Origin: Utricularia gibba
Taxonomy: Eukaryota; Plantae; Magnoliophyta
DNA: 64,000 bases
Reading direction: 5' to 3'
Assembly: GCA_002189035.1 (NCBI GenBank)
Contig: NEEC01000017.1
Span: 1,550,001 to 1,614,000, forward strand
The notes under the pieces were generated by a model. The model was not told the origin of the DNA. It did not search any database and saw only the letters and a program-made list of their open reading frames with translations. A program made the position numbers and the translations under genes. Positions within the stretch are counted from its first letter, which is position 1, and each line of letters opens with the position of its first letter. Shown here piece by piece: positions 1 to 11,816 of this stretch.

Positions 1-170
1 CATCCTGAGTCATCTGGGTGCCTTGAAAGTTTGCAGAAGACAGGATATGTAGAAGAAGATGGTGCAGAGCATAGAGAAGGATTGAAGGCGAGAACAGAGC
101 TGGATGATGATGCCGTCGCGATGCTCTCAGTGCTTTCGAGTTTGACAGCTACTTTTTCCCCTTCCCTCAT
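1..170 (-). CDS. 5' end of an unidentified gene running off the window edge (MREGEKVAVKLES..., Ser-rich)
   Basis: ATG at 170 and no stop for 56 codons to the edge. A GTGAG donor and site-II motifs upstream suggest a leader and promoter. No recognisable domain. Confidence 0.3.
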   Translation of the reverse strand, partial: MREGEKVAVKLESTESIATASSSSSVLAFNPSLCSAPSSSTYPVFCKLSRHPDDSG

Positions 171-906
171 TCGCACCTTCAACAACTCATTCCCATTCAC
201 TCATTATATCCCATTCGGTTTCCTCTAATTCTTGAACTTAGAGAACTTTTCTGCAAGATGTTCTTGGAAGGCGAATCTGTGGTGATGAGTTCAAAAAAGG
301 TAATGGGAATCATCCAGTGTTTTCAAGAAGGCTTTCTGTTACTGCAGCGAAGGCAGCCACAATGCTGCCCCTTGATTCACCTCAGTTAACGAAGAACTCA
401 CCCCTTCCGGGAGCAATGCAGCTTTTCTTTCCGCCATTCTCATGAACCAGTGCACCAGAAACTGCGATGCGAATTGAAGCAATGGAATGGATGCTTGATT
501 TACAGACGAATACGAAGGAATGGGAAGCTTTCTTCTCCCAATCTCTAAGCTTTTACAGAGAATCTAGTCCCAGGGTTCCTACTCTTCTTTTCATCTTCTT
601 ATAATTCTAGATAAATTCTAGTTAAATTACGATTTTTTTAAATTATAAATAATTATACTTTTAAATAGTTAGTATTGCATTTAAATATTTTAATTTTAAA
701 TCTAAAATTTTAAATTTATTGTAATAATATAAAATATAATGCATAGATTATATAATATTTTTATAATATAAATACTTTACAAAAATATGATTTTTTTAAA
801 ATTTATTCCCATTTCTTTAATTTTAACATAAATTAATTTTATAGTAATCATTCTCAAAAAAATCATATAAAACATAAATTTGTCATGAGGAGACATTTAG
901 GCCGAA

Positions 907-946
907 TGGCCCAACACTATTGGGCTTTAATGATGCCGAGGGCCCA
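907..946. promoter_or_regulatory. Cluster of site-II-like (TGGGCY/GGCCCA) motifs in a divergent intergenic region
   Basis: TGGCCCA 907-913, TGGGCT 921-926, GGGCCCA 940-946. Confidence 0.35.
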
Positions 947-1722
947 GTGTTGTGACCCATTCATAGAGGAATGCGGCAATGCCTGCTCGGAGAACTGACA
1001 TTTTCAGTTCTGAACCAGGAGTGGGATTCTGGAGTTGTTCGTTCTTTCCACCCATTTTCCATAACCGGGTTCATAGAACTTGGTAAGGAGTTGACTTTTT
1101 ACAAAGGAATAATAAATAATATTATTTTTGAACCAAATAGACAATCATCTTCATTAATAGTAAAGTGAACTGTAAGAAGAAACTTGGCAATGGCGGGGCG
1201 AAATGGGACTGGTTATCCCCTCCAGCGAAAAGCTACGCATAAAGAAAAGTGAAGGTCAGATATGTCTGGATTTTAAATTTTGTTATATATATATGTATAT
1301 ATACATATGTTTGTATGTAAAAGTTGGTATACGTTCAGCTCCGGAGGTGAAGAAACCGATCCCTTAATCGAACGTTGGAGTCTAGTTGTCTTGATTCCTT
1401 TTGCTTTGTGTTTGCTGAGTTGTAGGGCGTTTTTCAAAGAAGCCCAGTTCGTGTTTATGGGATTTTGCGGCCAGACGTATACTGCTGTTTCTTTGCCACC
1501 TTTTCTTCTTCGTGGTCGTGGGTGTTTTTCTTGTTTCGTTTTTTAAATGGGTCACTGTATTGAGTTTTGTTTGCTCTACGGGATGATTATCGACTGATTG
1601 GCAGTGATCTTGGATCTGGAATCAGGGCAATTGATGTTCTGGAAGAGGATCAACGCAGTGGTGAACGTTGATGAAGATCTGTTGAGATCAGTGTTTTTCT
1701 GGTTTAGAATAGTGGATTTCTC

Positions 1723-3211
1723 ATGTCTGGTAATTCCGAGAAGCGGAAACAGCCGCACCCACGGCGGCTAATAGCACTGTCGATCTTCGTCGTGATTTCA
1801 TTCTCAGTTTCCCTTCTGCAAACCCCGTTTCATCAATTATCTTCCACATCCAAATCAGGGATCCGGTAATTGTGATAAATGCTTCGTCCAATTCGCATCT
1901 GGAATCCCCTGTCACAATCCGTGGCTCATCTGCAGAAACCAGTTCAAAAGCAGAGACTGTACAGAGAAGAAACAACTGCAATGGACCTGAGCCTCTTCTT
2001 AGAGTGTATATGTATGATTTGCCATCTAAATTTCATTTTGGGTTGTTGGGGTGGGAAGGAGATGATGAAAACCAGACATGGCCTAGTTTAAGTGATCAAA
2101 ACTTGATACCTTCATATCCCGGTGGCTTGAATTTGCAGCACAGTGTAGAGTATTGGCTAACACTTGATCTTCTGGCATCATCATCATATACTGGAGATTT
2201 TTCTAGGCCTTGCGCTGCAGTCAGAGTCATGAATTCAAGTGAAGCAGATGTAATATTTGTACCATTCTTCTCATCTCTCAGCTACAATCGGCATTCAAAG
2301 AGCATCGGTAGACATAAAGCTAGTGTTGATAAGCTACTGCAGGAAGAACTGGTGAAATTCCTTGTACATAGAAAGGAATGGAAGAAATCCAGGGGAAGGG
2401 ATCATTTGATTGTAGCTCACCATCCCAACAGCTTGTTTTATGCAAGGAAAAAGCTGAGTTCCTCCATGTTCATTCTTGCTGATTTGGGCAGATACTCTAC
2501 TTCCATAGCTAACATTGAGAAGGATATCATTGCTCCCTACAAGCATCTGGTGAGATCAATCCCAGCAGCCAGTTCTGCAAGCTTCGATGAAAGACCAATT
2601 CTGGCTTACTTCCAAGGAGCAATACGTCGCAAAGATGTAAGCTTCATCGTCCCCTTTTCAACCCAACCTCAATCACCATAGCCTTTATTCTCTTTTTCCA
2701 GGATGGAGTCATCCGGCAGGAGATCTACAACCTTCTTAAAAACGAAGAAGATGCCCACTTCACAGGCGGAAGCGCTCATGCAAAGGGAGTAAGAGAAGCA
2801 GGGAAGGGGATGTCTTCTTCCAAATTCTGCCTACACATTGCCGGAGACACACCTTCCTCAAACCGTCTCTTCGATGCCATTGCGACTCACTGCGTCCCCG
2901 TGATAATATCTGATGAGATTGAGCTCCCATACGAGGACGTGCTCGATTATTCCAAGTTCTGCATCTTCATCTGGTTTGAGGACGCCGTGAAAAGAGGGCA
3001 CATTGTGAAGCTTCTGAGGAGCATCAAACGAGATAAGTGGAACCAAATGTGGGAGAGATTGAAGAGCATTAGTGGGTACTTTGAGTATCAGTTTCCTTCT
3101 CAGCCTAACGATGCCGTGGATATGATCTGGCGAGCTGTTCATCGCAAGAAAACAGTCAGATTCTTGGATTCTCACAGGAAGAACAGATACAATCGATCCC
3201 ACCTTCTCTAA
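1723..3211 (+). CDS. Exostosin-family GT47 glycosyltransferase (ARAD1-like), 2 exons (1723-2636, 2702-3211), with an apparent -1 frameshift at about 1820-1826
   Basis: Motifs LRVYMYDLP, GGLNLQHSVEYWLTLDLL, SSKFCLHIAGDTPSSNRLFDAI. N-terminal signal anchor (RRLIALSIFVVISFSVSLLQ) starts at ATG 1723 in another frame. 65-nt GT-AG intron at 2637-2701. Confidence 0.9.
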
Positions 3212-3624
3212 CCCCTTAGAAAGGATCACATGGTTTTGATTTTGAAGATACAATATTTAGAGATTAATAAATTCAATAAAATAATTGTTTACTATTGTGA
3301 ATGGAAGATGATCATTGCAACTCCAAGATGACGTCATATTAACATAGATAAAAAATATATTTTGAACACTAATATTTGATTAATCAAAATTTTTATTTAT
3401 TTACAAAATTTGGGGTTTTGGGTACTATTTGTTGAAACCAAAAATTATTTAAATCTAAATTTATTGAATTTAAATATTCAAAATTTTGGTCATCTTCTCG
3501 AAATTAGGATTTTTTAGTGTAACGAAAATTATTATTTACTTTATATAATTTAGGGATTTAAAAATAATTTATTGATTGAAAATCTGGCGGGTGTGGACTT
3601 GTAATGATGGGTTAAATAGGCCGC

Positions 3625-3660
3625 GGCCCATGAATCAATTGATCTGCAACTGGGGCCCAA
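3625..3660. promoter_or_regulatory. Site-II motifs upstream of EMB514
   Basis: GGCCCA 3625-3630 and TGGGGCCCAA 3651-3660, about 70-100 bp before the ATG of a ribosome-biogenesis gene. Confidence 0.4.
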
Positions 3661-3730
3661 ATTCATTCGGTTTAAAACTGGCGACTGAATAAAGAAGGAT
3701 GAAGAAAATATCTAGGTTTTAGGGAGAGCA

Positions 3731-4885
3731 ATGGCCGACGGTGAATCAGAAACCCTCGCTGGGACAGACCCGTCTCAGTGTCGCGATGAAGGTGGTTCCA
3801 AGCGGGCTAGGGAGGATGCGGAATTGGAGAGTAATGGGGAAAAAAGGGCGAAATTGGATAGCGAAAAGGTGGCCGCAGCGAAGGAGGAGCCGGGGAAGTC
3901 ACTAGAGCCTCCTCAGAATCTTGATGAGTGCGCGTCGAATAATGGCGAAGGAACGGCTAAAATCGATAGCGAGAAGGAGCCAGGGAAGTCTCCTTCAGAT
4001 GATGCGGAGATGGAACCGTCTGCTGCAGATGATGCGGAGACCGAACCCAAATCGGTGGCTGTGGGTCCGAAGAGTTTCATCACTTCGGTGGAGATGTTCG
4101 ATTACTTCTATAAGCTCCTCCACGCATGGCCACCAAATCTGGACGTAAATAAGGTGTGCTAAGATCACTGCTTTGTGTATTATTCTCGCAATGATTCTAT
4201 TACCCGTCTATTTTCGCTTCTGGGTATTCCTTTTCCGTGCGTGTATGTTTAGGAAGCCTAGTCCTTAGCTCCTCTCTTTAGTCAAACTGCATGTTTTCAA
4301 AATCATGAATTTACCCTTACTGGATTTCCGAAGTGTTTTTGGTGTTCCTGCCATTCCTTTCCGTGTCTCGATTTGAAATTTTGAGATCATAGCAGTGGAT
4401 CCATGTGTGTTTTCTGTATATCCTGAATGTAAGACTCTGGCAAGCTTTGGTAATTTGCAGGCATTGCAATGCACTACTACTTCGCTTGCTAGCTAGGGTT
4501 AAACTTCTGCATGCTAATGGCTATTTCATGTACTTACGCTAGCTGCATCCATGTTACCCGACTGACTGATGATGTGGTGCTACTTTCTCAGTACGAACAC
4601 ATGGCGCTGCTGGAACTTCTGAAGAAGGGGCATTCAGAGGCAGATAGAAAGATCGGCAAAGGGATCAAAGCATTTCAAGTGCGCTTCCATCCCCAGTTCA
4701 AAAGCCGCTGCTTCTTTCTCCTCCGCGTAGATGACTCCGAGGACGACTTCAGCTTCAGGAAATGCGTCAACCATATACTCCCTCTGCCGGAAAGCATGCA
4801 AATAAAGCATGACGCCAACAAAGCCTTGCGAGGGAAAGGCGGCGGTAGAGGCCGCGGCCGCGGCCGTGGGCGTGGTGGAAAATGA
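3731..4885 (+). CDS. EMB514: DUF3223 nucleolar protein EMB514/DOMINO1-like, 2 exons (3731-4153, 4592-4885)
   Basis: MFDYFYKLLHAWPPNLDVNK|YEHMALLELLKKGH...SRCFFLLRVDDSEDDFSFRKC, acidic N-terminus, Gly/Arg-rich C-terminus, in-phase GT-AG intron. Confidence 0.85.
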
Positions 4886-5266
4886 ATAAACTTTTCAGAT
4901 GGGTAGATGACATCAATCAATCTATCGCCTTCTCCCAAAGCTTGCAGCCGTTTTTGGGTGTTAGATTTTGAACCCTTTGGATATTCTTCTTGTCAGTATA
5001 ATATCATCATTATCAGCAAACCCAGTTCTTTATTCCGCTAATACATGATTCTGGATGATAATTAATACACTTATGAAACGAGGGGCGATCAGGGCAGAGC
5101 AACGTTGTCCTGATGGAGGTGTCCGGAAGTGATGCGAAGGCCGTGTCCGTGTCAATGTGGACACCCCGTCAGTGTTCAATAAACCACACTGGCTCAAAAT
5201 AACATCAATTCGTCTTCCCAAAGGAACCAACTTGCACAATTGCAGGTTTGAAACAGATGGATCAAT

Positions 5267-6501
5267 CTAAGTGGAGCAGCAGGACAAGGATTTGGAAGTA
5301 CCCTTGTTGTCCAAGTCGATGCTGACGCGGTTGACGGACAAGTCGGCCTTGTAAGAGTCGGAGGAGAGCATTTTCCGGCTGACCTTGTCGTGGATTTCAC
5401 GAATCACCATGTTGAAGGCCTGGTTCACGTTGGTTGAGTTCAGAGCAGAGGTCTCCACGAAGAACAGGCCTTCTTCCTCCGCAAGGGCCTTCCCCTCCTC
5501 TACGGTCACCTCTCTGATGTCCACAAGATCACACTTGTTCCCCACCAGCATCCTCGCCACCGCCGTGTCGCAGTGAGCTGCAGCAGCATCGTTTGCTGTT
5601 ATTACTAAGCATGGAAAGCACAAAGCAATATAATGTACCTTCTTGGATCAGTTGATCCCACTCATGGAAAGACAAGGAAGAGCATATAGGAAAAGGACTC
5701 AAAACCATTTCCAACTTGAAGAAACCAGCCAACGGTGACATCAAAGAAAGCCAGTTCAAGCCTTAAAAATGATGGATTCAAGAAGACAAAAGCCTCCCAG
5801 AAGATAGAGCAAATCTTTTAAACGGTTCGAACGAGAAATGAATAGGCCATGTTGCAGACGGGATGTTTCCAGGGCTAGGACGGTTCTTAGAAACAAGAAT
5901 GGTAAGAACCCGTTGATTGCAATAGAAATCTTCCAAACTCTGAAAAAACAAATCGAACAGAACCCCAGATCCAAGAATGTTGATTTGGGATATCAGCCGA
6001 AACAAAAAGAAAACATCTTGGTGCATTCTGATGCTTTCCTACAGTTAAGACTTGAGTAGTAAATGGCAAACATCTGCTTGCTGAGTACTAAGCGCATCAT
6101 TATTAACAATTAGGTGTTGAAACAAAGAAAACCCTAGTGAAATCTAAGACGGAATTCAAACGAAGATACTCACTGTTAAGTTCCTCGAGCCATCGCTTGA
6201 CGCTCTCAAATGTCGATTTCCTGCTAATGTCGTAGACGATTAAAGCCCCCACTGCGCCGCGATAGTAAGCAGAAGTGACGGCGCGAAACCGCTCTTGTCC
6301 AGCGGTATCCCATACCTGGGCTTTGACCTCCTTTCCGTCAATATCGACCACCTGCGTCTGAAACTCGACGCCGATCGTGGCCTTAGAGTTGTGGTCGAAC
6401 TCATCGCGCGCGAATCGGGAAAGGAGATTAGATTTGCCGACGGCGGAGTCTCCGATGACCACGATCTTGAACAGGTACTCTTCGCCGGCTTCCTCCCCCA
6501 T
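5267..6501 (-). CDS. RABA5: Rab GTPase of the RabA5 subgroup, 2 exons (6501-6174, 5577-5267)
   Basis: [31 protein letters not shown]-terminal CCST prenylation motif; 212 aa after splicing. Confidence 0.92.
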
Positions 6502-6896
6502 ATTGTTGTAGCAGACGAAGTGGCGTTGTCGATATTTGAAGGAAGAAGAAGACAATACTGAAATGTCATTATCTGCGCCGCGTGATTTAAGTAAGATTGA
6601 GAAAATAGTCTCCGCGCCTTTTCATTTTCAAAAAAAAATTAATTCTTTTTTCTTTTCTGAAATATAATATTCCCTTTTTCGATACTCTCATTTATGTCAT
6701 ATACTTATTTAGGTTATTTTGATTTCATAATTTATTTTGTTCAAATAATTTAGTAATTGTATATCACATGGATACTAATACATATTTAAAATAGAGGAAT
6801 TATTTTAATCATGAATAATATATTTTTCTCAAAAGTAAAAATATAACATTATAAAATTTAGATATCTAATATTAATAATATCGTATCAGAGAAATA

Positions 6897-7528
6897 TAGA
6901 TTTAGGTACGAGATCTGATCCGATGGGTTGTGGGTTGAAATTGCTGGGTCATAAATTAATTTTGTGACTCGACATATACGGGTCGATGGGTCATAAAGGT
7001 CGACTCATCCCGAGTCACAAGTTGACTCACAATAAAGTAAATTGAAGTTCTTTGATATCAAGATACAAATTGTACATTTGAGATGTCATGAAAATACACT
7101 GAGGTTGTGTTTGATAATAAGTATAACATGAGATATATAGCATCCAGTATAATAATAATATATTTGATAATTGCGGTTAAATTTTTTTGGGATATTTTTT
7201 TATTTTCTACAAAGCATAAAATTGTTCTCATCAACATACTTTATTTTTATAATTTCAATCAAAATAAATTTATATCAGAATAATCTATATCAATATACCT
7301 ACCAAACACAAACTGAAGTCATTTGATGTTCAAATACTGCAATATCATGTTTTCGGTGTTTGAAAGACACATTGCGTGTACTAACCCATACTCATTGAAA
7401 GACAATATATGCTTATGCATCTTAGAGTCGTTTCGTACCCATTTTTAACGATTACGGATAACGGGTTGCATCCATCACGGGTCAACCCGCAAGATATCCG
7501 GATCTATCCGTATCTGTGCCCAGCTCTA
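6897..7528. mobile_element. Degenerate non-autonomous TIR element (hAT- or Mutator-like)
   Basis: Right end GCCCAGCTCTA with a degenerate left end TAGATTTAGGTAC; internal GGGTC/GACCC repeats; flanked by direct repeats AGAGAAAT(A) 6888-6896 and AGAGAAAT(G) 7529-7537. Confidence 0.6.
7103..7313. mobile_element. Tourist-like (PIF/Harbinger) MITE nested in the element above
   Basis: 14-bp TIRs GGTTGTGTTTGATA / TACCAAACACAAAC (12/14 by eye), 3-bp TSD TGA on both sides, AT-rich 211-bp body. Confidence 0.7.
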
Positions 7529-8047
7529 AGAGAAATGTGAATTTACTAATTTTTTACTTGGGTCATCTAATTTATATTGAATTAATTTCGGTTTAATTTG
7601 TCTATTATAGTTAAATATTAAATACTTTATAATTAATATTTTATTGAAATTTCATCGTCTGTCGTCTCGTTAGAGCCGACGGGTCGGCAGCTCTGCTGGG
7701 GGAATGCTTCAACCGCATCCGTCACGGTACCCGTTTGCTTGAAGACAGGGGAAGTAAATTTGGTTTCTTTTGGTTTTGGAATTCCAACAGGGCTGCCGCT
7801 GGGAAAGAATGATGCTTTATCGCGAAGGAGGATTTGGTTGCGTAGGGCGGGTATGAAGGAAACCCACCCGTTTATCTCTTTTTACTCGAGGATCAAACCC
7901 TTGTCTTCCGTAGTCTTCACATAATCACATCTACACCATTTGACACGTACACGCATTCTGTTGCCGCTTGCTGTGTTAGTTTTATATATGTGCGGGCGTC
8001 AGGGATTGGGTTTCATTTCGTTGATGCGAATTGAAGGGTTTTAGCTA

Positions 8048-10160
8048 ATGATGGTGGAAGAGAGGTCAGAGATAGTATTCTTCGATGTGGAGACAACGGT
8101 TCCGACGAAACCGGGACAAGGTTTTGCGATTCTGGAATTTGGGGCGATTTTGGTTTGCCCCAAGAAGCTCGTGGAACTGCGGAGCTACTCCACGCTCGTC
8201 AAGCCCGCTGATCTATCCCATATATCATCTCTCTCCGTCAGGTGTAACGGGATTACCAAGGAGGCTGTTGTTTTAGCGCCTGCTTTTGCTGATATTGCAG
8301 ACGTTGTCTACGATCTCCTGCACGGTAAATTTGCAAACTTTCTGGGAATTGAAAGTTCGGGAAGATAAATTATGAACGATCCTTTTCTGATTGTGTATGG
8401 TTTATACAGGAAGAATATGGGCTGGGCATAATATACTGAAATTTGATTGTGCCCGAATTAGAGAGGCCTTCGCTGAGATAAACCGGCCGTCCCCCGAGCC
8501 AAAAGGAGCTATTGATTCGCTGGTGCTGTTAAGGCAGAAGTTTGGCAGGAGAGCTGGTGACATGAAGGTAAAAGCTCCGACCTTTGATGGCTAAGTATTT
8601 TTTTGAATTGGCTTTTTATCATTTAACTGCATTGTTCATCTTTGAATCCAAATTTGTGATGCACGTGCGTTATGGTTCCCATTCAACAGAGATACTCACT
8701 TCTGTTATGTCTTTTCTAGATGGCAAGTCTGGCAACATACTTTGGTCTTGGCCAGCAAACACACCGGTAAGTGCCTTTCTCCCTCTGTTGACAGCAGGAA
8801 TGTTTGGCTTGAAGCTGCTGAGTTTGCTACCTTGGCTTCATCTGAATATTGAAGAGAATCCTATAGCGGTCAAATTAAACTCTGTGTTGGTTTTTTCCAG
8901 GAGTTTGGATGATGTTCGCATGAATCTCGAAGTGCTCAAGTATTGTGCTACTGTTCTTTTCTTGGTAACTTTTTTACTTGTATCATTGTTATGATCAGTA
9001 CTAGAAATTTTGCCGTTGGCCGGTTGGCCTGCTACATTCTATATACCCGTAGAACTCTTGATTCACCTGGTTATGCCTGCTGTTTTTTTTGCTGGCAGGA
9101 ATCCAGTCTTCCTGATGTATTCACGGAAAACAGTTGGGTATTTCCCACTGCTGTTACCAGAAGTCGAAGAAATGGAAAAATTTCACCTGAAAGTACTGGG
9201 CAGAATGAAAGTAGGCCATCGTCTAGTGTCAATGCTGTTATTTGTTCAGCAGAATCTTCCACAACACCTTGTCCAGACAAAAATAATACGATATTTTCCC
9301 TAGTAATGCCTCCAACTGAAGATGTGGCTTCGCCCCTTGTTGAATCAACTTCAGCACAGATTGACCCTTTTGATATGTCAACTCTTTGTGATGAAATGGA
9401 AAAGGAGCAACCTGATGAAGATAGTATGGAAGAAGAGAAAAATAGCTTAGTGTCAGAGGAATCTTCCAGCTCAGTAGGTGATCGGAATCCCCATAGCAGT
9501 GATAACTCCTTGGAGCCTGATGATGTTTCTATACCTTCAATATCTGCGACTCTGGTACCAATTTACACTGGATACCGGAAAATACAGATACTGCATCAAG
9601 GCTCAGAGCTCCAACTCCGGTGTAAGTACCTGAAAGTTCGCTTTGGTGTTAGTACGAAGTTCGTTGATCATGCTGGCCGGCCGAAATTAAACTTCGTGGT
9701 GAATCCACCACCAAACCTTCTTCTGGTTTTGGAAAAAGCTGATAGCCTTGCCAAGGAACTATTTGATGATTCAGGAAGCTCATCCGACTGGCACCCAGTT
9801 GTGAACAAGAAGCCAGGCTACTACAACTATCCTACTATCAGATTGCAGTAAGTTCCTATCTTCAGTAACCTGTATGTACATGTTCTAATGTTATGAACTC
9901 ATGGCCTCATTGTAAACAATTTCAGCATTCCCACAGTAGCAAGTGGAGAGACTTCGAGACTGGAAACTGAGATCTTGGAGAAGGATGATACAGGCACGAG
10001 AAGAGTTGAGCTCAGTGGTGCTGATGTAGTAGAGCTGGATTCCCTGTTATCTCCTGGAAATTTGGTGGATGCCTCCTTCTCCCTCGACTCCTACGACTAT
10101 CAACAGAATGCTGGCCTCCGTTTAGTTGTAAAAAAACTGATAGTTCACTCAAGCAGATAG
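8048..10160 (+). CDS. NEN1: DEDDh exonuclease NEN1/NEN2-like (NAC45/86-dependent exonuclease), about 6 exons
   Basis: EIVFFDVETT, IWAGHNILKFD, MASLATYFGLGQQTH|RSLDDVRMNLEVLKYCATVLFL; GT-AG junctions keep the frame. Confidence 0.85.
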
Positions 10161-10478
10161 GTTGGCATAGACTGATTCCTCTAACTAGTTGATGGATTAG
10201 TTGCTCTTACATTGTCTTGCTTCTGTCCCCATAGATGTATTTGTTTCTGACTGCTGATTTATGGCTATGAAACCTGATGTGTTCACTTTATCAGTTCTTC
10301 TGTTAGCATAGAAACGAAACACAAGTTGTGATAACAAGCTTGAAACCAGTGTTCTACAACCTACATGAATGAATAGAGGTGCATCTCAGAATTAAGAGAC
10401 ACAGGCTTCAGCACTGCCATCAATGGAGGTGTATGAATCAACAGGATTCATGAAGGAGACAGTCATGGATGGATCATC

Positions 10479-11410
10479 TCAGTATTCATCTACCTTCACG
10501 GAATCACGAACGATGTCGTATGCATCTTTGGATCTGGGCTTCTTGACTGCGCTTCCGGCGGCAGTGAACCAAATTTTATCAGATTTGTAGCCTTCGGTAT
10601 GGATGGTGGTGACTCTGACCCACACCAGCACCTTTGTTTTGATCCCCTCGATGCCGGAGAGCTTTCCTCTGGTGAGTGTGGCCTTCACTCGGTTCGAGTA
10701 CCTTACCAGAGATGAGTCCTTGAAGCAAATCTCACCAGGAGATGGCAAGTAGACGATGAGTTTGCTCTTCGACTCGTCGAACTCATAGCATGTTATGTTC
10801 TGGGGAACAGGCCCGCTGGTAGATTGTATTCGCGGAGGAGGTCAGGTAGCGATTTCAGGGGCTTACCTGGAACAAAAAACAGAGGAATTGTGAAGAAGAG
10901 CACAGGACTGGACTCTCTAGAATGCTTGTTTCTATTCAGAATTCTCAGAGGCAAACGCAGAGTTCTCTGAAGAATCATCATACCTTTGAGCTTATTGAAA
11001 ATCCATTTGGCCTTCTCCTCCACAGTGTTTGACAGGGTCTGTGGAAAAAAAGGACTACATTACAAACAACTACAGACGATTAAGGCAGCCAAACAATGAA
11101 TCAGTCTGCGAAACACTGTCATTAGACTAAGGCTATAGCCTCGATAGGCATGAAAAACATAACCCAGATCTCAAAATCAGACGGCGCCATCAAAAAGACC
11201 ATAGCTTGCAACAAACAAAAAGAACGCAGGATCAATGGGGTGCAATATAGGACAACCCAAGTCGATTTCAGAAAGAAAGAGTAATCGAGAGGGAATGAAG
11301 GAGCGTACAGATAGATCTTGGGAAATGTTGGAGATTTCTTCCTTCGCTTTCTTGGACACCCAAAATGTACCTGCTTTGAAGCTCTCCACTTTCATCAGCG
11401 CTTTCTCCAT
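10479..11410 (-). CDS. DUF538 family protein, 3 exons (11410-11309, 11038-10984, 10866-10479), with an apparent -1 frameshift at the G-run 10802-10805
   Basis: MEKALMK..GTFWVSKKAKEE, KPLKSLPDLLREYNLPAGLFP, and after correction NITCYEFDES...GKLSGIEGIKTKVLVWV. Confidence 0.85.
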
Positions 11411-11436
11411 CGCGATTCAAAGGAAAAAGGGAGATG

Positions 11437-11464
11437 CTTCTTCTTCCTCTTCTTCTTCTTCTTC
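11437..11464. repeat. Imperfect (CTT)n microsatellite in the DUF538 leader; a (CT)n(CA)n run follows near 11675-11697
   Basis: Seen directly in the sequence. Confidence 0.8.
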
Positions 11465-11816
11465 ACTCTCACAGACACACTACAACACACTTTTTGGGGA
11501 TGAGGGAATGAGAACCTGTTCTCTCTTTAACCCAGGCAGCATAGGAGGGGGAGGGGAGGGGGAGTAGAGGAGGACAGCTCATTCGGCGATGGCGCTTTGT
11601 CAACTAACTGAAATTGACTGCGCGCCATCACAAATGCTTGGGACTCGAGAATCTAACCACATCTCTCCCCATCGCTCTCTCTCTCACACACACACACGGT
11701 ACAGTAACTGGATGACAAATCTGCGAAAAATTATTTTGCAGTGAAGGGATCTTTAATCATAAGGATGACAAGGGAGGAGCTTTGCTGTGAAGGAAAATCT
11801 TTGCCTTGAGAGAGCA

